In this document: positions 40,695 to 44,580 of the stretch, piece after piece | Layout: each line of letters starts with the position of its first letter | Position numbering within the stretch: position 1 is the stretch's first letter | Source: Candidatus Kapaibacterium sp. | GTDB taxonomy: Bacteria; Bacteroidota; Ignavibacteria; Kapaibacteriales; WFXC01 | Length of the DNA: 44,580 nt | Direction of reading: 5' to 3' | Assembly (NCBI GenBank): GCA_027082775.1 | Contig: JALWUI010000159.1 | Span: 1-44,580 of the forward strand | Notes under the pieces: model-generated | Told to the model about the DNA's origin: nothing | Seen by the model: the letters and a program-made list of their open reading frames with translations, nothing else | Database searches by the model: none | Made by a program: the position numbers and the translations under genes

Positions 40695-40737
40695 GTTACA
40701 CTATGGTGTCAGGTTCCGTTGGCAGCGTCAGGGAAAA

Positions 40738-40993
40738 TGCACACCTCAGAGTGTGCATTCCCAGCACGATATGGAGGGGCACAACGCCGCTTCGCCCACG
40801 GACGACCCGCCGATGCGATGCAGTGTGAGCGGAGGAGCCGATCTGGAATCTGTTTCGCAAATACGTGATGGTAGGGGGCAGACCGATGTGTCTGCCCTAT
40901 GTCAGATGCAGGAAGCGCCGGCTTTAGCCAGCAAAGAAAGTGCACCCTAAGGGGGTGCGTTTCCGGTGAATGCACACTGAAGTGTGCGCTCCC
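40738..40993. repeat. REP cluster: GGGARCGC-type units plus one GTAG-type REP
   Basis: 40738-40762(-), GTAGGGGGCAGACCGATGTGTCTGCCCT 40871-40898, 40911-40933(+), 40941-40964(-), 40971-40993(-). Confidence 0.75.
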
Positions 40994-41021
40994 GGATCCT
41001 CTCCAATCCACATTTTCGGTC

Positions 41022-41052
41022 TTGCCTGTGTCCGGAATTTTTTGTATATTTG
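41022..41052 (+). promoter_or_regulatory. Promoter of the second secreted-protein cassette
   Basis: TTGCCT-N17-TATATTTG; shares TTTTTTGTATATTTG with the promoter at 14477-14491. Confidence 0.7.
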
Positions 41053-41096
41053 TCCCATCCTTGAAAAGTCTGTTTCACAAATTCTGGAATCCTAAA

Positions 41097-42628
41097 ATGA
41101 TGAAACCGAAAACATTTTCTGCAAATCGTGTGTGTGTGTGTACACACTCCTGTTTCTGATGACCCTCCCGCTGGCAGCGCAGGGATTGTATGTCTGGAAA
41201 CTGCAACTGTATTGGGGGAAGGATTCCACATACGATTTTGATTTGCGGACACCGGCTATCCAGCGATCTGTTGTCGTAGGTATCAATCGCTTTCCGCTCA
41301 AAGGGAGACACGAGGTACACATTGGGGAAGCTGATGGAGGAGGTGGATATGATCAATTTATCCGATTCCGGGACGTAGGCGATCAGCACCTGGAAGGCAG
41401 GAGTGTGGTTCGAACGATTGATGGCATTGGGTATCTTGTAGCAGGGGTACGCTATACGACTGGTTCGCCAGACTCAGTGATGTTTTTATTCCGATGGGAC
41501 ACCAGCCATACGAACGTATGGGCACAACAGGTGCGGTTAGCAGATCCCTATGGTTTGCCGTATGAGACCGTAATGCCTACGAAGGTGATCAATTACCGGG
41601 GGCTGTATTATCTGGTTGGCGGTTATGGACGGATAGGCGGTCGTCAGGATGCGTTTTTGCTGAAGGTCGATGATCAGGGAGCAATTGGATGGGTGATGAT
41701 TTACCGGGATGTTGCAACACCGGATCACGACAAATCGCCGTTGTGGTTATGGGATTTGGAAGCAGCGCAGAGCAGTGGGGAAGTGGTGCTGGTCGGATCG
41801 CGGGTGACACTGTTTCGGAATGCGCTGCCGGATGTGGGATGTTTGAATGAGCGGCAGCAGGCGTGGATGGTGGTAGTTGATGGGAATAATGGGACGTTGC
41901 TGAGCAATGGGATCTATGCGGAGTACAAGGATCAGTGTACAGAGTTAAAGAAGGTGCGCGTCGCAGAGGAGATGGCAACGGGGAAGCAGTATGTATTGAG
42001 CTGTGGGTGGGGGACACATCGGATACCGGGGACCAGTGCGACGATTACACCGTTGACCTACAATGGGGAGTTAGGGAACTTAGCAGGGGGAAATTTGCAG
42101 TTTCAGATGACGCTGGTGGGGATGGGCGGCAATCCGGCGTATGAGCAATTTCGGGATCTGGAATACTGGATGGTACAGGACACGGTGCAGGATATGCTGG
42201 CGTATGTGGGGAGTGTTCGTGACAGCAGTTGGTACACGCCTGTGGGGCAGTGCTGGGACGGGTTCTGGTGGAAAGCAGGGAAAGAGATACACGTGATGCA
42301 GGGATTTTACTATGGTTGGGGGCAACCGCAGCCATATCGGTTGCGGCATATGGAGAAAGTTGAAGCGGATTCAGCATTGTATTTGTTGGGGTATGATGTA
42401 GCGATCTCGCGGGCAGTGTTATGGAAGACAGAGGGGAGGGTCTTTCGACCCAAAGGGGAAGTAGTGCAAGAGTGTCGAACGGAGGTTGCAGGGGCACCGG
42501 ATCGACCGTTTGGGTTGTATCAGGAGTCGATGGAAGCATTGCCGGGGAGCGTGATCGTCGATCCGTTGCAGGTGGAGCTTCTGGATAAGTGGGGATTTGG
42601 AATAGAGTGTTCTGGTACCCTGGATTGA
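41097..42628 (+). CDS. Secreted beta-propeller-like protein; frameshifted at (GT)7 in the signal peptide
   Basis: MMKPKTFSANR joins VCVYTLLFLMTLPLAA-Q only with (GT)6. Body has blade-like repeats (YLVAG, YYLVGG, DAFLLKVDDQG, VVLVGS). Confidence 0.75.
41128..41141 (+). repeat. (GT)7 dinucleotide repeat
   Basis: AATC-GTGTGTGTGTGTGT-ACAC. Confidence 0.95.
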
Positions 42629-42673
42629 TCTCAGTAGCGGAGAAGGGTGAGTGATCCCGCAAGGAGGAAGGCA

Positions 42674-44580
42674 ATGAAAAAGGTGGTAGTGATTGCAATG
42701 ATCTGGAGTTTGCAGTGGGCTGGCAGCTGGGGGCAATGCCAGCCGGCAGCGTTCAGTAACAGCTATTTTGGTAAGGAGTTTTGGGTTTTACCTATACCAT
42801 TTACCTGGCAACACGTGCAACCAGTGGATTGGGCAATTGCGCTGATAGCACCGTATGGCGCAGAGGTACGGGTGGATCTTCCAGCACTCCAGTGGCAGCT
42901 TCCTCCGATTCGCCTGGCTCCGGGGGAAGCGAAGATGCTGAATACCGGGGAAGAATTGATCAGAATTGAGCAAATACCCATTGGGGAGATTATATCAAGG
43001 GTTATTCGTATCCGGTCGGATCGTCCGATAGCGGTCATTGTGCATAGTTTTTTCTGGAGCTTTGATGTTCCCCGTCCGACGTATAGTGCTATGCCTTCGC
43101 AATATGTTGCCTATCCTCTGTCGGTGTGGGGGCGACATTACTTGCACGCGGGATATTATGACAGCTATTGGATGAGATCTTATCCGGAAAGTGTAACCGC
43201 GCCAGCGGGATTTATGATCATAGCTAAAGAAGACGGGACAGCCGTGACGATCCGGGTTCGGGGCAAGGGCTGGGGATGGATCCGCTTTCGGGGTAATGAT
43301 GAAAAGCTGGTGTTTCCACGGGATTGGGGAAAAACCTATCAGGTGGTGTTGCGCAAGGGGGAAGTGCTGAATTTTGGGAGTCTGGGACAGAGCTACATTT
43401 ATGACAATGGACAACATACGTTTGGAGGACTGGACTTCAGCGGGACAGAAATTAACGCCAATAAACCCATTGGGGTTATCTCGTACCATGCGAACGTGCC
43501 AGCGCCGTACAACTTATGGCATTCACTGGGGTATGCTATGGGCGATGAGACTATAGCTGAGATGTTACCGCCAGTAGCGGCGTGGGGCAAACAATTTTAT
43601 GCCCGTTCGGTACGGGGGCAACGCCAGTGGGTTCGGCTGGAGAAAGGAGATAATTTCCGGGTAATCGCGCTGGAGGCAAACACAGTCTTTACCGTGCGGT
43701 GGTATGATCCGCAGAGCGGACAATTGAAAGGACAATGGTCGGGACTGCTTCGGCGGGCAGGGGAGTTTATGGATTACGTTGTTTTCGAGAATCTTCCGGA
43801 GTGGATCGAGGGGTACTCGGTCTGGGAAGCAGATAAGCCAGTGATGTTGATCCAGTACGGTGGGAATCAGGCAGATGGGAGCTGGGTATTTCAGTGGGTA
43901 GCATCGCCGGAGCAGTATTTGTGTGAGCACTGGTATTACCAGTGGCAGAGCGGCGGTTTTAGCAATCAGGCGAACATCGTGACGGTATCGGAGCAGGGCG
44001 GAGAAGCGATCAAGGGGATAGAGTATGACGGGGAGCCGTTATGGCAGCGGTATCCGGGGATTGTGGTGCAGCAGATTCCCGGGGAGGCAGTCTGGGGGAT
44101 ACAGGTGAGTGGATTAGAGGCGGGAGGGCATCAGATCAGGGCGCCGGTACCAATGATGGTGCAACCGAATCAGTTGGGTACCGATGTTTCGCAGGCTATG
44201 TTTGCCACCGGCTACACCTTAGCGGCGTGGAACCGATTGGGGAAGCTGGACACGGAAGCGCCACGATTGCAGCGGCAGGATAGCTGCGGTATCGCCACCG
44301 TTACCGCCCGTGATGACTCCCTCGATCTTCCCTACGAAGATACCGGCATTAGCAGAGTGGAACTGCTCAGCGATCGGTCCTATAACTACCGCCTCCGAAT
44401 GGTCTCACCACCGGTGCTGGAAAACCGCGGCGAGGGGTACTGGCGACAGATCCGCTTCCGACTGGAAGTGATCGATCCTGCCCGTGATGGCAAAGCGGTC
44501 TATGGGGTGGTGGACTGGCGGGGCAATGTGCGGCTGGATAGTGTGGTGTACGATGCACCGGAACTGGCACTGAGTGACAC
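42674..44580 (+). CDS. Large secreted protein with IgGFc-binding N-terminal domain (runs off window)
   Basis: AGGAGG RBS; MKKVVVIAMIWSLQWAGSWG-Q; GKEFW, IRIRSDRPIAV, YPLSVWGRHY, FMIIAKEDGTAVTI. Absent from the ORF track, consistent with no stop before the window end. Confidence 0.8.
   Translation, partial: MKKVVVIAMIWSLQWAGSWGQCQPAAFSNSYFGKEFWVLPIPFTWQHVQPVDWAIALIAPYGAEVRVDLPALQWQLPPIRLAPGEAKMLNTGEELIRIEQIPIGEIISRVIRIRSDRPIAVIVHSFFWSFDVPRPTYSAMPSQYVAYPLSVWGRHYLHAGYYDSYWMRSYPESVTAPAGFMIIAKEDGTAVTIRVRGKGWGWIRFRGNDEKLVFPRDWGKTYQVVLRKGEVLNFGSLGQSYIYDNGQHTFGGLDFSGTEINANKPIGVISYHANVPAPYNLWHSLGYAMGDETIAEMLPPVAAWGKQFYARSVRGQRQWVRLEKGDNFRVIALEANTVFTVRWYDPQSGQLKGQWSGLLRRAGEFMDYVVFENLPEWIEGYSVWEADKPVMLIQYGGNQADGSWVFQWVASPEQYLCEHWYYQWQSGGFSNQANIVTVSEQGGEAIKGIEYDGEPLWQRYPGIVVQQIPGEAVWGIQVSGLEAGGHQIRAPVPMMVQPNQLGTDVSQAMFATGYTLAAWNRLGKLDTEAPRLQRQDSCGIATVTARDDSLDLPYEDTGISRVELLSDRSYNYRLRMVSPPVLENRGEGYWRQIRFRLEVIDPARDGKAVYGVVDWRGNVRLDSVVYDAPELALSD

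Overview
This looks like the origin-proximal chromosome region of an FCB-group bacterium. The evidence is T9SS-type C-terminal domains, TAnnTTTG promoters, signal peptides ending in A-Q, and pheT separated from pheS; a Kapabacteria/Ignavibacteria-like lineage is an inference. Housekeeping genes are cmk (partial), ychF, tRNA-fMet, pheT, fbp, cdsA, mnmE, mnmG and a MacAB-TolC-like exporter operon. A cluster of about 12 DnaA boxes at 9360-9582 is a candidate oriC, and two perfect parS palindromes bracket mnmG. Two G-rich accessory cassettes of secreted proteins (14.5-19.9 kb and 41.1-44.6 kb) share one architecture: REP-like repeats, a near-identical promoter, then a first gene whose signal peptide is frameshifted at a simple sequence repeat (G11 and (GT)7). 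Losing one repeat unit restores the frame in each case, so these are candidate phase-variable loci. Also notable are an FAD oxidase + MnmM (YtqB) gene pair resembling a split MnmC, and an in-frame amber codon at a conserved Tyr of cdsA. Sequencing or assembly error cannot be excluded for the three reading-frame lesions.
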